Origin: Brumimicrobium sp.
GTDB lineage: Bacteria; Bacteroidota; Bacteroidia; Flavobacteriales_D; Crocinitomicaceae
Assembly (NCBI GenBank): GCA_033722555.1
Contig: JAWVYS010000005.1
Span: forward strand, 30,724 to 94,723
Reading direction: 5' to 3'
DNA length: 64,000 nt
Made by a program: the position numbers and the translations under genes
The notes under the pieces: model-generated
Databases searched by the model: none
What the model saw: only the letters and a program-made list of their open reading frames with translations
What the model was told of the DNA's origin: nothing
Part shown: in pieces, positions 29,706-39,171 of the stretch
Layout of the letters: every line of letters begins with the position of its first letter
Position numbering within the stretch: position 1 is the first letter of the stretch

Positions 29706-31415
29706 ATGCGGCTTTTACTTTTTCTTCTTTTTTCCTTAAATTTTTTGTCTTTCGCTCAGGAGGTTCATAAAAGAAACCTATCAAAGAGACAGTTTTTCTA
29801 TTTCGACGTAAACAAAACCCAGGTTGAAAGTCAGGGTTTTTATTACATAGATGATCTGGGAGAAACCACTCTGCGTCACGGGACATGGAAATTTTTTGAT
29901 AAAGAAGGCGTTCTCAAGGCTGAACAGAATTATTATAAAAATGAACTTCACGGGAAGGTTGTTAATTATTTCGCCAACGGACAGGTGCAGAATCTGGGAT
30001 ATTTCTATCTCGGAAAACAAGACAGCATTTACCTTGAATACTATGAAGACGGTGATTTGAGTCAGCAAGGTTACTACCTGCAAGGCAAGCCCATTGGCAT
30101 CTGGGAATATTATTACCGTGATGGCCGGTTGAAATTAAAGGAAGAAATCATAGATACTGTTTCATACGTTTGGGAATTTTACCTGCCTGACTCCCTGCAT
30201 ACCCAGACCGTAGTTGAAGGCAACGGTGAACTTATGACCTATTACACCAATGGCAAGCTGAAGGAGTGGTACAATTACAAAGACGGATTAAAGCACGGAA
30301 AATTTGAAGAAGGCTCCGTTCACGGTTATTATCTGTTAAAAGGCTCCTTCAAGGAAAATAAACCGGAGGGGAAGTGGGAATATTTTTATTACACGGGTGA
30401 TATTGAAAAAATCAGTCATTATAAGGATGGAAAATTGAACGGTGATTATACCTATTATTACGACAATGGGCAGATCAACGTGGAAGGAAAATTTTCTAAT
30501 GGTTTAAAGGCAGGAGAATGGACCTGGTATACCAATCAGGGTAAGGTTGATATGAAAGGAAATTTCAGAAAAGGTATGCAACACGGTAAATGGATCTATT
30601 ATTATCCGGAAGGAGGAATTTCCTACAAAGCTGAATTTAAGGATGATAAAAAACATGGTGCCTGGGTTTACTTTTATAAAGACGGCAAAAAGTTTAAAGA
30701 GGGAGAATTTTCGGAGGATCTTAAAAATGGAACCTGGAGAACATGGTATGAGTCCGGACAATTATTGATGGAGGGAGATTATGTGAACGACCTGGAACAG
30801 GGTGAATGGAAGATTTTTTGGGAAAACGGAAAACTTAAGAATAAAACCACTTTTAAAGACGGAAAAAGGAACGGAGAATGGCTCTCGTACTACGACACGG
30901 GCGTGCTGAAAGAAGAAGGCGAATATGAAGATGAGTTCAAAACCGGCGAATGGAAAGCTTATTTTGATAACGGCCGTTTAAAAGATCTTGGACATTACAA
31001 AGTCGTCGAGGAAAAATCCAAAATAAAATACGGTCCCTTAAAAGACAGGGTGAAGAGAACTTCTGTTAAACACGGTGAATTCCTGTCGTATTCATCGAAG
31101 GATTATCAAAAAACATTGGAAGGGAAGTATAAAAACGATGAAAAGCACGGAGAATGGACGGCTTATCATCCGGGAGGTGTACAACCGGCTGTAATTACCA
31201 ATTATAAAGACGGCAGACTCCACGGACCGATGAAAACCTATACTTTTAAAGGAAACCGACTGGTTTCTGAAATCAACTATAAAGACGGACTTCAACACGG
31301 AAAGGTACTGATCTACGACAAGGATGGAAAACTTGTGAAAGAGGAGGAATATAAAAACGGTATCCGCGTGATTGAGGGAACAAGTTCAGGAACAGGTTTT
31401 TCTCCAGGAAGGTAA
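29706..31415 (+). CDS. Secreted MORN-variant repeat protein (YwqK-like repeats, 569 aa)
   Basis: Signal peptide and many G.W..YY..G.L..EG.Y..G repeats. Confidence 0.85.
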   Translation: MRLLLFLLFSLNFLSFAQEVHKRNLSKRQFFYFDVNKTQVESQGFYYIDDLGETTLRHGTWKFFDKEGVLKAEQNYYKNELHGKVVNYFANGQVQNLGYFYLGKQDSIYLEYYEDGDLSQQGYYLQGKPIGIWEYYYRDGRLKLKEEIIDTVSYVWEFYLPDSLHTQTVVEGNGELMTYYTNGKLKEWYNYKDGLKHGKFEEGSVHGYYLLKGSFKENKPEGKWEYFYYTGDIEKISHYKDGKLNGDYTYYYDNGQINVEGKFSNGLKAGEWTWYTNQGKVDMKGNFRKGMQHGKWIYYYPEGGISYKAEFKDDKKHGAWVYFYKDGKKFKEGEFSEDLKNGTWRTWYESGQLLMEGDYVNDLEQGEWKIFWENGKLKNKTTFKDGKRNGEWLSYYDTGVLKEEGEYEDEFKTGEWKAYFDNGRLKDLGHYKVVEEKSKIKYGPLKDRVKRTSVKHGEFLSYSSKDYQKTLEGKYKNDEKHGEWTAYHPGGVQPAVITNYKDGRLHGPMKTYTFKGNRLVSEINYKDGLQHGKVLIYDKDGKLVKEEEYKNGIRVIEGTSSGTGFSPGR

Positions 31416-32765
31416 TCAAATACTGAACACGGTAATTCCAACAATAAAATAGATAAATAATCCTACAACATCATTCAGAGTGGTAATAAAAGGTCCTGTA
31501 GCCACAGCGGGATCCACATTGTACTTGTTGAGAATCAGTGGAATGAGTGTTCCGAAGATCGCCGCAAAACAGATCACAATAAATAAAGCTATGCTTACGG
31601 AAACCCCAAGCATAATATCCTCAAGTAACCAGGTTGTAAAGAAAATAATTACCCCGAAAATCAGTCCATTCAAAAGTCCAAGAGTAGCTTCTTTTTTAAC
31701 CTTAGACAGAATACTTCCGAACTGGTTTGTTCCGTTAGCTATGGATTGAACAACGATAGCACTGGATTGCACCCCAACATTTCCTCCCATCGCAGCGACC
31801 AGAGGGATGAAGAAAGCAAGAGAGGGTATTTTACCAATCTGAGATTCAAAGTTACCTATTACCTGTGCGCCCAAAATTCCTCCAAGCAAGCCGATGAGTA
31901 GCCACGGCATGCGTGAGCGAGACATGCGCCAAATGCTAGCATTTGATTCTACACTCTCCGAGATCCCCGAAGCCATTTGAAAGTCTTTATCGGCCTCCTC
32001 ACGAATAACATCTACAATATCGTCAATGGTGATACGGCCTACCAGTTTTTTTTGCAGGTCAAGCACGGGGATAGAAACCAAATCATATTTATCCATGATC
32101 CTTGCCACTTCTTCGCCTTCCACATTCGTGGTCACATACACCATGTTTTTGTCCTGATAAATATCTTTGATCAAGGTATTGGATTTTGCGAAAAGAAGTG
32201 ATTTCAATGAAAGAAATCCTACCAGATGATCATCGTTATCAACGACATAAATCGTATAGACTTTTTCGACGTCTTCCGCCTGGCGTCTGAGCTCTATCAC
32301 GCAACGGTTTACCGGCCAGTCAAGTTTGGCCTTGATAAACTCAGTTTGCATCAAACCACCCGCAGAGTTTTCGTCGTAATTGAGAAGGTCTACCAGTTCG
32401 GCAGCGTCTTCATTATCCATTTCGGCGATTACCTCGAGCTGTCTGTCGACCGGTAACTCTCCTAAAATATCAACCGCATCATCCGAATCGAGGTTCTCCA
32501 GTTGATGAGCAAGTTGTGATGGATTCAGGGTTTCAACAAAACGGTAACGAACTTCGTCATCCAGTTCCATCAGTACTTCCCCCTGAAGTTCATTATCGAG
32601 CTGTGTATAAATGAATTTAGCCTCGTCAGCATCTAATTCATCCATAATTTCAGCAATATCTGCAGGGTGTAGGGGAACGATCTGTGATTCGATGTAAGCA
32701 GAATTACCCTGCTCAATCATCTCACGGATTTCTTCCAAAAACTCCTTGGTTAACTCAAACTGCAT
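31416..32765 (-). CDS. mgtE: Magnesium transporter MgtE
   Basis: LHPADIAE, SAGGLM, CBS pair, GGNVGVQS, DPAVATGPFITTLND. Confidence 0.97.
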   Translation of the reverse strand: MQFELTKEFLEEIREMIEQGNSAYIESQIVPLHPADIAEIMDELDADEAKFIYTQLDNELQGEVLMELDDEVRYRFVETLNPSQLAHQLENLDSDDAVDILGELPVDRQLEVIAEMDNEDAAELVDLLNYDENSAGGLMQTEFIKAKLDWPVNRCVIELRRQAEDVEKVYTIYVVDNDDHLVGFLSLKSLLFAKSNTLIKDIYQDKNMVYVTTNVEGEEVARIMDKYDLVSIPVLDLQKKLVGRITIDDIVDVIREEADKDFQMASGISESVESNASIWRMSRSRMPWLLIGLLGGILGAQVIGNFESQIGKIPSLAFFIPLVAAMGGNVGVQSSAIVVQSIANGTNQFGSILSKVKKEATLGLLNGLIFGVIIFFTTWLLEDIMLGVSVSIALFIVICFAAIFGTLIPLILNKYNVDPAVATGPFITTLNDVVGLFIYFIVGITVFSI

Positions 32766-32910
32766 CGCTGAAAAAGTTTTGGCAAAGGTACGAAAGAAAT
32801 AATAATAGTTCGGTGATTACGGTGTTATATCCGGGTTAAGGATTTTAGGTGACTTTAAATAAAAAGGCGCTCCAGAAAAACGATCTTTTCCTTGTTTTAA
32901 GGTCAGTTTG

Positions 32911-33690
32911 TCAATTTTCCTTTTCAACCAAACCGGTCAAGACAATAAAATCCTCCACCGATAATTGTTCGGGTCTCAGTGAGAGGAAAGGTGAATCTTT
33001 CAGTTTTTCTGTTTCCACAATTCCTTTGAGTGTATTACGGATGGTTTTTCTACGCTGATTAAAGGTGGTTTTTACGATGCGTTGGTGTAAACCCTCATCC
33101 ACACCGAGTCGTTTACGTGCGTTTCTGGTGCAACGAATGACGGCTGATCTCACTTTTGGAGGAGGGTTGAATACATGAGGCTCTACAGTGAAACAGTATT
33201 CAATATCATAGTATGTTTGCAAAAGAACATTCACAATTCCGTAGTTTTTTGTACCGGGTGGAGCCATGATCCGGTCTGCCAGTTCTTTTTGAAACATGCC
33301 TGTGATTTCCCCGACCTGATCCTTTGAGTCAATGCATTTAAGAAGTATCTGCGAGGAAATATTGTATGGGAAATTACCCGCTACCACAAAATCTTCATTT
33401 CCGAAAATATTTTTCAGGTCGGTTTTAAGAAAGTCTTGCTGATGAATTCTACCGCTCAGGGAAGGGAAGTTTTTTTCGAGATAAATAACCGATTCTTTAT
33501 CTACTTCCATCACGTGGAGCTCCGTATGAGGCAAATTGATCAGGTATTTAGTGATAGCACCCATTCCGGGACCTATCTCAAGAAGTTTTGTGTAATTGCC
33601 ACCGGTATTGATCTGAGCGACTATATCTCGGGCAACATTTTCATCGGTCAAAAAGTGCTGGCCTAAATGTTTCTTAGGTGCAACTGTCAT
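32911..33690 (-). CDS. rsmA: 16S rRNA adenine dimethyltransferase
   Basis: PKKHLGQHFL, LEIGPGMG, GNFPYNISS, FNPPPKVRSAV. Confidence 0.97.
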   Translation of the reverse strand: MTVAPKKHLGQHFLTDENVARDIVAQINTGGNYTKLLEIGPGMGAITKYLINLPHTELHVMEVDKESVIYLEKNFPSLSGRIHQQDFLKTDLKNIFGNEDFVVAGNFPYNISSQILLKCIDSKDQVGEITGMFQKELADRIMAPPGTKNYGIVNVLLQTYYDIEYCFTVEPHVFNPPPKVRSAVIRCTRNARKRLGVDEGLHQRIVKTTFNQRRKTIRNTLKGIVETEKLKDSPFLSLRPEQLSVEDFIVLTGLVEKEN

Positions 33691-34004
33691 GAAGGTTTGA
33701 ATTCATCAATCACCGAAAGTAAGGTACGGAACGCGGCAAATTTACCTGCAAATTTCTTCGTGTGTTCTCCCTGAAGTCTGTGAGCATGATTTTCCTGATA
33801 AGTATTCAGCTCTTCCTGAGAATGAGCCAGATAAGTGATCGCGTAAGTTACTCCTCCTTCTTCTTCACCGTGTACCCGGCACAAACGACTTTCTTTGAAA
33901 TGACCGGTAGCCATGACATCGGGGATATGAATTTCTCTCATCCATTGCAGCCATTCCTGAGAAACCTCTTCATCAATACTTACTGTAACGTTATAAACCA
34001 CCAT
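33687..34004 (-). CDS. DUF4286-like family protein
   Basis: MVVYNVTVSIDEEVSQEWLQWMREIHIPDV...GVTYAITY pattern; typically next to rsmA in Bacteroidota. Confidence 0.8.
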   Translation of the reverse strand: MVVYNVTVSIDEEVSQEWLQWMREIHIPDVMATGHFKESRLCRVHGEEEGGVTYAITYLAHSQEELNTYQENHAHRLQGEHTKKFAGKFAAFRTLLSVIDEFKPS

Positions 34005-34031
34005 GTTTCAAAGATAAGTAATCGTCAGAAA

Positions 34032-34814
34032 TTAAAGACATTTGGTTCTTCCTCCGTCTACTGGTACGTTAATTCCGTTGATATAACCGGCTGCCGGACT
34101 CGCTAAAAAGGCCACTGCGTTAGCGATTTCTTCAGGTTCCGCAATTCGTTTCATCGGTACCTGAGAAGCCATGTGGGAGATAATCTCTTCATAGTTGAGA
34201 TCGGCAGACTGATCGGCCTTGTTTTCAGCAATGGATTTTAAACGTTCGGTATTCGTAGCCCCGGGAAGAACATTGTTTACAGTAATGTTGTATTGTCCAA
34301 GTTCGTTGGCCATTGTTTTGCTCCAGTTGGCAACAGCTCCCCGGATAGTGTTTGAAACTCCAAGACCATCCAGCGGTTGTTTAACACTTGTGGAAATAAT
34401 ATTGATGATCCTTCCGTAGCCGGCTTCTTTCATGCCGGGATACAATGTCTTTACAAGGATATGATTACAGATGAGGTGATTGGTGAAGGCACTCATGAAT
34501 TCTGAAGTGGTCGCCTTTCGAATAGGGCCGCCTTTAGGTCCTCCGGTATTGTTCAGGAGAATATGAGCAGTTTTGTTTTTTGACCAATCTTTTATTTTCT
34601 TTTCAAGAACATCCGGGTTCGAAAAATCAGCCACTAAATAATCGTGGTTCTTATTGCTTTTCAGTTCTGTGAGCACTTTTTTCAGTTTTTCCTCGTTTCG
34701 GGCAACCAGTGTAATGGAAGCTCCCAGATTTGCTAATGCAATAGCAACGCTTTTACCGATTCCCTGCGTACTTCCACATACTACAGCATGTTTTCCGGTC
34801 AAATCAATATTCAT
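34032..34814 (-). CDS. SDR family oxidoreductase
   Basis: GSTQGIG, NNTGGP, NNVLPG, INVPVDGG. Confidence 0.92.
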   Translation of the reverse strand: MNIDLTGKHAVVCGSTQGIGKSVAIALANLGASITLVARNEEKLKKVLTELKSNKNHDYLVADFSNPDVLEKKIKDWSKNKTAHILLNNTGGPKGGPIRKATTSEFMSAFTNHLICNHILVKTLYPGMKEAGYGRIINIISTSVKQPLDGLGVSNTIRGAVANWSKTMANELGQYNITVNNVLPGATNTERLKSIAENKADQSADLNYEEIISHMASQVPMKRIAEPEEIANAVAFLASPAAGYINGINVPVDGGRTKCL

Positions 34815-34881
34815 ATCCCTTGTTTTTTTCCAAAGTTATTGAAATTATTCATACGATTACAGAAAATCTAAATACCCTTTT

Positions 34882-37722
34882 TTACTCGCAATAGGAGCAG
34901 TATTTGCTTTTCGGATCATGTTCAAAATAGGATTCAGCCGAATATATTTCCGCAATAATCTGCCCGAGTGCTTCTTCAAATAACTGCATGAGTGAATCCG
35001 TGTCTTCCGTGAGTTTATTTTCGAGATAAAAGGGACCGTTTTCAATGTCTATTAAAGAAACAATGCCTGTTTTATCCGGATAAGAACCGTATTCGTGATG
35101 ATACAGATAATTGTATATCAATAGTTGAAGCACATATTTTTTTGCTTTAATGTTATTGATGAGTTGTTCTAATTCAGTCTTGGAGCTGGTTTTTTTTAGT
35201 CCCGTAATCCTGACATCCTCGGGCGTGCATTTCCCTGATTTATAATCAATGATCCTGGTTTCTTCTCCTACCTTATCTATTCGATCAATTACACCTTTCA
35301 GGGATATGGTTCTTTCTTTTCCTTCCACTTGTATGGTTAGTTCCTTCTTAATTTTCCTTTCGAGTGATTCAATGAAAAGATGACCTTTATTCTCTTTGAG
35401 CAGATTTTTTTCAATGGTAAGAAAACGATTAGTAAGGTGTCCGGCTATTTCATAACTCAGATAATTCTTTCCTTCGTAAAGAATTTCCTTGTTGTACTCG
35501 AAATGCTTCTCAAAACCCTCACGCAGCAGATTTTTGTAACTATTTAGCATCAATTCAACAGCGGTAGTAGTTAAAAACTTGTCTCCGTCACCGACTATGT
35601 TTCCTTTTTGATCCGTTCTGGAATACGGTTTATAGAGTTCTTCAAGTACTTCGTGAATAAAACTTCCAAAACTACTTGCTTCAATTTCTTCTTCGACTTC
35701 ATCTTCTTCTCCGAAGCCCAATAGGTATTTATAATAGAAATCCAGCGAGCAAGCCAGGTAAGTGCGAATGGCCGATGCCGACGTACCTTTTAGAAAATAA
35801 TTATCAAGCCTTTCCTTTACTGCTTCGGATTTTGTAACCACGAGTGGCTGACTCTTCTCGTCCTCGTTGGTAAGCGTGTAATCTTTTTCAGTGAAGGAGA
35901 TATTCGGGTTTGACCTGTTCAGTTCAAGTTTTAACTGATAGATATAACGCGAAGGTTCGTCTGATCCCAACTCTCCATGAGCCGAAGAATAAGTAATCCA
36001 AATTTTCTTTGCATGATGCAAAAGGCGATAAAAATGATGTGCAAACAACCCTTGTTTTTCTCTTGGAGTGGGAAGTTCATGATGCTTCCTTAAGTCCATG
36101 GGGATCAATGTTTGGATAGGGTTTGTAGGAGGCATACTTCCATCGTTCAATCCGACGACAATAATGTTTTCGAAGTCGATCAGTCTTGTTTCGAGTAGTC
36201 CCATAATTTGCAGTCCCTCCAGAGGATTACCGTAATAAGCAATTGTTTCATTGATCCAGTGTTGATTGAAAAGGGATTTAAAAGTGTTCAACTTCAGTTC
36301 CGGTTTAAATTCTTCCAGAATATTTTCAAGTTTTACCAGTGATCCGTCGAAATGATAGAGGATAGTACTTTCTATGGCATTTTCATTCGAATTGAGGCGT
36401 TTAAAAAGAAAGGCATTCATTGCGCGAATGATTTTCAAAGCCGATTGGGAAACTTCTTTCCAAGGAGTGAAGAATAGTTCGGTTATTCGCCGTATATCTC
36501 CTGTCCAGTTAAGTTTATTTTTGTAAATGAAGAGCCAGTTTTTACTCAGAATAACGTCTTCAATCTTTCTGAGTTCCATCAGGTCGTTTTCCGAGCATAT
36601 CCCTGCTATAAAGGGATGTTTAATAAAGCGTATAAAGTCCTTGTGGTAGATAGCATCCGTTCTGAACTGAATAAAATGTTCCTGTACCGCGAAAAGAAGA
36701 TCCGTCCATGAACGGATAGCCGTATTTCTGAGCGGAAGACCGAGTGTAATATTGGTTTCACCCACCGACTGCGGAATGTTTTTGATCACAGGTACTATCA
36801 TCTTCTCATCAGCGAGTAAAAGCAGGGTGGAGCCAAGATCTTTCTGAGTCAGTTTTTCCCTGAGAATAGTAGCAGAAACTTTAGCCTGGCCTGTGGGCTG
36901 CGTGCAGTTGATCACCTCTATTTCCTTGGGATCATTACGGAGTTTATCTACAACGAAGGGGAGTTTTGATGTATTCAGTTCTTTCAGTAGTTCCCGGATA
37001 AAACTACCCGCCTCGTGATTGTTATCCTTGAGGTAATATTCATCTGCATCGATGAATATGTGTGCGCGTCCCATTTTTTCAAGCTGCTTCATAATAGATT
37101 TCTCAGCTTTTGAGAGCGCATTGAATCCGGCAAAAATAAATTGCCTCTCCTTATCTTCCTGAAAAACGAGATCGATGTTCGAGGCTACATTTTTGTAGGC
37201 TTTTCCCATATATATCTCACCTTCTTTTCCAAGGCGTTTCCCGAATTCCTCATAATATTGAGACAAAAGGTCCCAGAATCGCATGAATTTTTTCTGTCCG
37301 GTCGTAAGTTCCTCGTTATTAAAGCTCCAATTTTCGATTTCTTTAATATCTGCGAGGTTTCGAAAGAGGTCTTTGCTATCTATGAGGTAACGATCTATTT
37401 CGTCAAAATCACTAAGCAGGATTTTTCCCCACTTGAGAAATTCATCGAGTGTCTGGGGTTCTTCTTTATCTACTTTAAGATGTATATCGTAAAGTTTGAA
37501 AAGCGCCCGTGTGGGATCAATAACGGGCGTTGCAACACATTCCTGGATCCAGCGGTTCATCGTGATAATCTCCGGAGAAAATATTGGTTTTTCGAAAGCC
37601 TTGAATAAATCCCGCTGAAGGTATTTTTTTGCTCGCTGGGAGGGCAGCACAACGGTGAGGTGTTCTAGCGGAAGATTTTCTTCACGAATAAACTGTGCAA
37701 CGCGATCAATGAAATAAGGCAT
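34882..37722 (-). CDS. PD-(D/E)XK nuclease family protein (AddB-like)
   Basis: VVLPSQRA N-terminus, GLQIMGLLETR, GVIDRID...IIDYKSG, C-terminal CSYC. Confidence 0.9.
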   Translation of the reverse strand: MPYFIDRVAQFIREENLPLEHLTVVLPSQRAKKYLQRDLFKAFEKPIFSPEIITMNRWIQECVATPVIDPTRALFKLYDIHLKVDKEEPQTLDEFLKWGKILLSDFDEIDRYLIDSKDLFRNLADIKEIENWSFNNEELTTGQKKFMRFWDLLSQYYEEFGKRLGKEGEIYMGKAYKNVASNIDLVFQEDKERQFIFAGFNALSKAEKSIMKQLEKMGRAHIFIDADEYYLKDNNHEAGSFIRELLKELNTSKLPFVVDKLRNDPKEIEVINCTQPTGQAKVSATILREKLTQKDLGSTLLLLADEKMIVPVIKNIPQSVGETNITLGLPLRNTAIRSWTDLLFAVQEHFIQFRTDAIYHKDFIRFIKHPFIAGICSENDLMELRKIEDVILSKNWLFIYKNKLNWTGDIRRITELFFTPWKEVSQSALKIIRAMNAFLFKRLNSNENAIESTILYHFDGSLVKLENILEEFKPELKLNTFKSLFNQHWINETIAYYGNPLEGLQIMGLLETRLIDFENIIVVGLNDGSMPPTNPIQTLIPMDLRKHHELPTPREKQGLFAHHFYRLLHHAKKIWITYSSAHGELGSDEPSRYIYQLKLELNRSNPNISFTEKDYTLTNEDEKSQPLVVTKSEAVKERLDNYFLKGTSASAIRTYLACSLDFYYKYLLGFGEEDEVEEEIEASSFGSFIHEVLEELYKPYSRTDQKGNIVGDGDKFLTTTAVELMLNSYKNLLREGFEKHFEYNKEILYEGKNYLSYEIAGHLTNRFLTIEKNLLKENKGHLFIESLERKIKKELTIQVEGKERTISLKGVIDRIDKVGEETRIIDYKSGKCTPEDVRITGLKKTSSKTELEQLINNIKAKKYVLQLLIYNYLYHHEYGSYPDKTGIVSLIDIENGPFYLENKLTEDTDSLMQLFEEALGQIIAEIYSAESYFEHDPKSKYCSYCE

Positions 37723-37831
37723 GAAAAGGACTAATTTGCTTGAAAATTAAGAAAATTATGGGATGTAAAAGTGATTTTGTTTTTGGTTTTCGATTAGCTC
37801 AGAAAATGAAGGTAGGTTTCAAAATTTCTCC

Positions 37832-37839
37832 TACATTTG
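37832..37839 (+). promoter_or_regulatory. -7 element TACATTTG for the metH leader
   Basis: TAnnTTTG match just upstream of the riboswitch. Confidence 0.6.
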
Positions 37840-37865
37840 TATTCAAGTTCTTAACGTACTTGAAT

Positions 37866-37976
37866 GCTTATAAAGAAAGGTGGAGGGACTGGCCCTACGA
37901 AACCTTGGCAACCTTTTGGCTTAAGAGCTGATTTCGGTGCCAATTCCTTTTCCCTTAATAGAGGAAAAAGATAAGT
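37866..37976 (+). promoter_or_regulatory. SAM-I riboswitch
   Basis: CTTAT..AGAAAGGTGGAGGGACTGGCCCTACGAAACCTTGGCAACC...GGTGCCAATTCC...GATAAG matches the S-box core; lies upstream of metH. Confidence 0.93.
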
Positions 37977-38149
37977 AGTGACGAAACTTTGATTCTGAAA
38001 GTTTGTTCCTCAAAAACACCTCTTTTAATAAAAACAGTAATGATCACAGGAATGTGTTCAGGGCTCGGTATTTACTATATTAGGAATGCCGGGCATCTAA
38101 CCCATTCGGCGGATCCAGATTTTGAGTGGTTAGGGACGGATAATTAGGT

Positions 38150-39154
38150 ATGCAAATGAAAAGAAACATAAGAGAAATTATTAAAGAAAGAATATTGGTC
38201 CTCGATGGTGCCATGGGAACCATGATTCAGCGCCATAAGCTGGAAGAGGAAGATTTTCGAAAAGGTTGGTTTGAAAATCATACTCAGCCTTTGAAGGGAA
38301 ACAATGATTTGCTTTCTTTGACAAGACCCGATATTATAAAAGATATTCATCGGGAATATTTTGAGGCCGGTGCAGATATCGCTGAGACAAATACCTTTTC
38401 AGGGACGACGATAGCGCAAGCGGATTACGGTTTGGAACATGCCGTTTATGATATCAACTATCAATCTGCAAAAATTGCCCGGGAGGTGGCTGATGAATTT
38501 ACCGATCGTGAGCCCGACAAACCAAGATATGTTGCAGGATCCATCGGACCTACAAACAGAACCGCTTCAATCTCTCCGGATGTAAATGATCCCGGCTATA
38601 GAGCAATTACTTTTGACGAGCTGGTAGAAGCCTATTCACAGCAGGTAAAAGCACTCATTGAAGGTGGTGTAGATTTATTATTGGTGGAGACGGTTTTTGA
38701 TACACTGAATGCCAAGGCTGCGCTATATGCCATTGATGTTGTCCAGGAAGAAATGAACACTGACCTGCCTGTAATGGTTTCAGGAACAATCACTGATGCG
38801 TCGGGAAGAACCCTCACCGGACAGACTACAGAGTCTTTCCTCATCTCGGTTTCTCACATGCCTCTTTTTAGTATTGGTTTAAATTGTGCCCTCGGAGCAA
38901 GAGAACTTCGGCAGTATCTGAAAATATTGCATGAAAAGGCGCCATTCTTCATTTCGGCACATCCAAATGCCGGTTTGCCAAATGAATTTGGAGAATACGA
39001 TGAAACTCCTGAAATAATGGGTAAACAGATTGAAGAGTTTTTAGAAGAAGGATTAGTAAATATCATAGGTGGTTGCTGCGGAACAACACCCGAGCACATC
39101 AAGGTGATTGCAGATTTGGCTAAAAAGTATGAGGTGAGGGAGGTTGAATCCTAA
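38150..39154 (+). CDS. metH: Methionine synthase, homocysteine-binding N-terminal module
   Basis: [33 protein letters not shown]. Confidence 0.95.
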   Translation: MQMKRNIREIIKERILVLDGAMGTMIQRHKLEEEDFRKGWFENHTQPLKGNNDLLSLTRPDIIKDIHREYFEAGADIAETNTFSGTTIAQADYGLEHAVYDINYQSAKIAREVADEFTDREPDKPRYVAGSIGPTNRTASISPDVNDPGYRAITFDELVEAYSQQVKALIEGGVDLLLVETVFDTLNAKAALYAIDVVQEEMNTDLPVMVSGTITDASGRTLTGQTTESFLISVSHMPLFSIGLNCALGARELRQYLKILHEKAPFFISAHPNAGLPNEFGEYDETPEIMGKQIEEFLEEGLVNIIGGCCGTTPEHIKVIADLAKKYEVREVES

Positions 39155-39171
39155 TAAAAAACATTAAACAA

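Noticed and set aside
29706-31415. Toxin-antitoxin system suggested by YwqK-like repeats (also 52757-53632)
   Set aside because: Both are signal-peptide MORN-variant repeat proteins with no adjacent toxin gene; the label reflects only the repeat family.
34882-37722. PD-(D/E)XK nuclease as a defence system
   Set aside because: Its architecture matches the housekeeping AddB-like repair nuclease, in a core-gene context.
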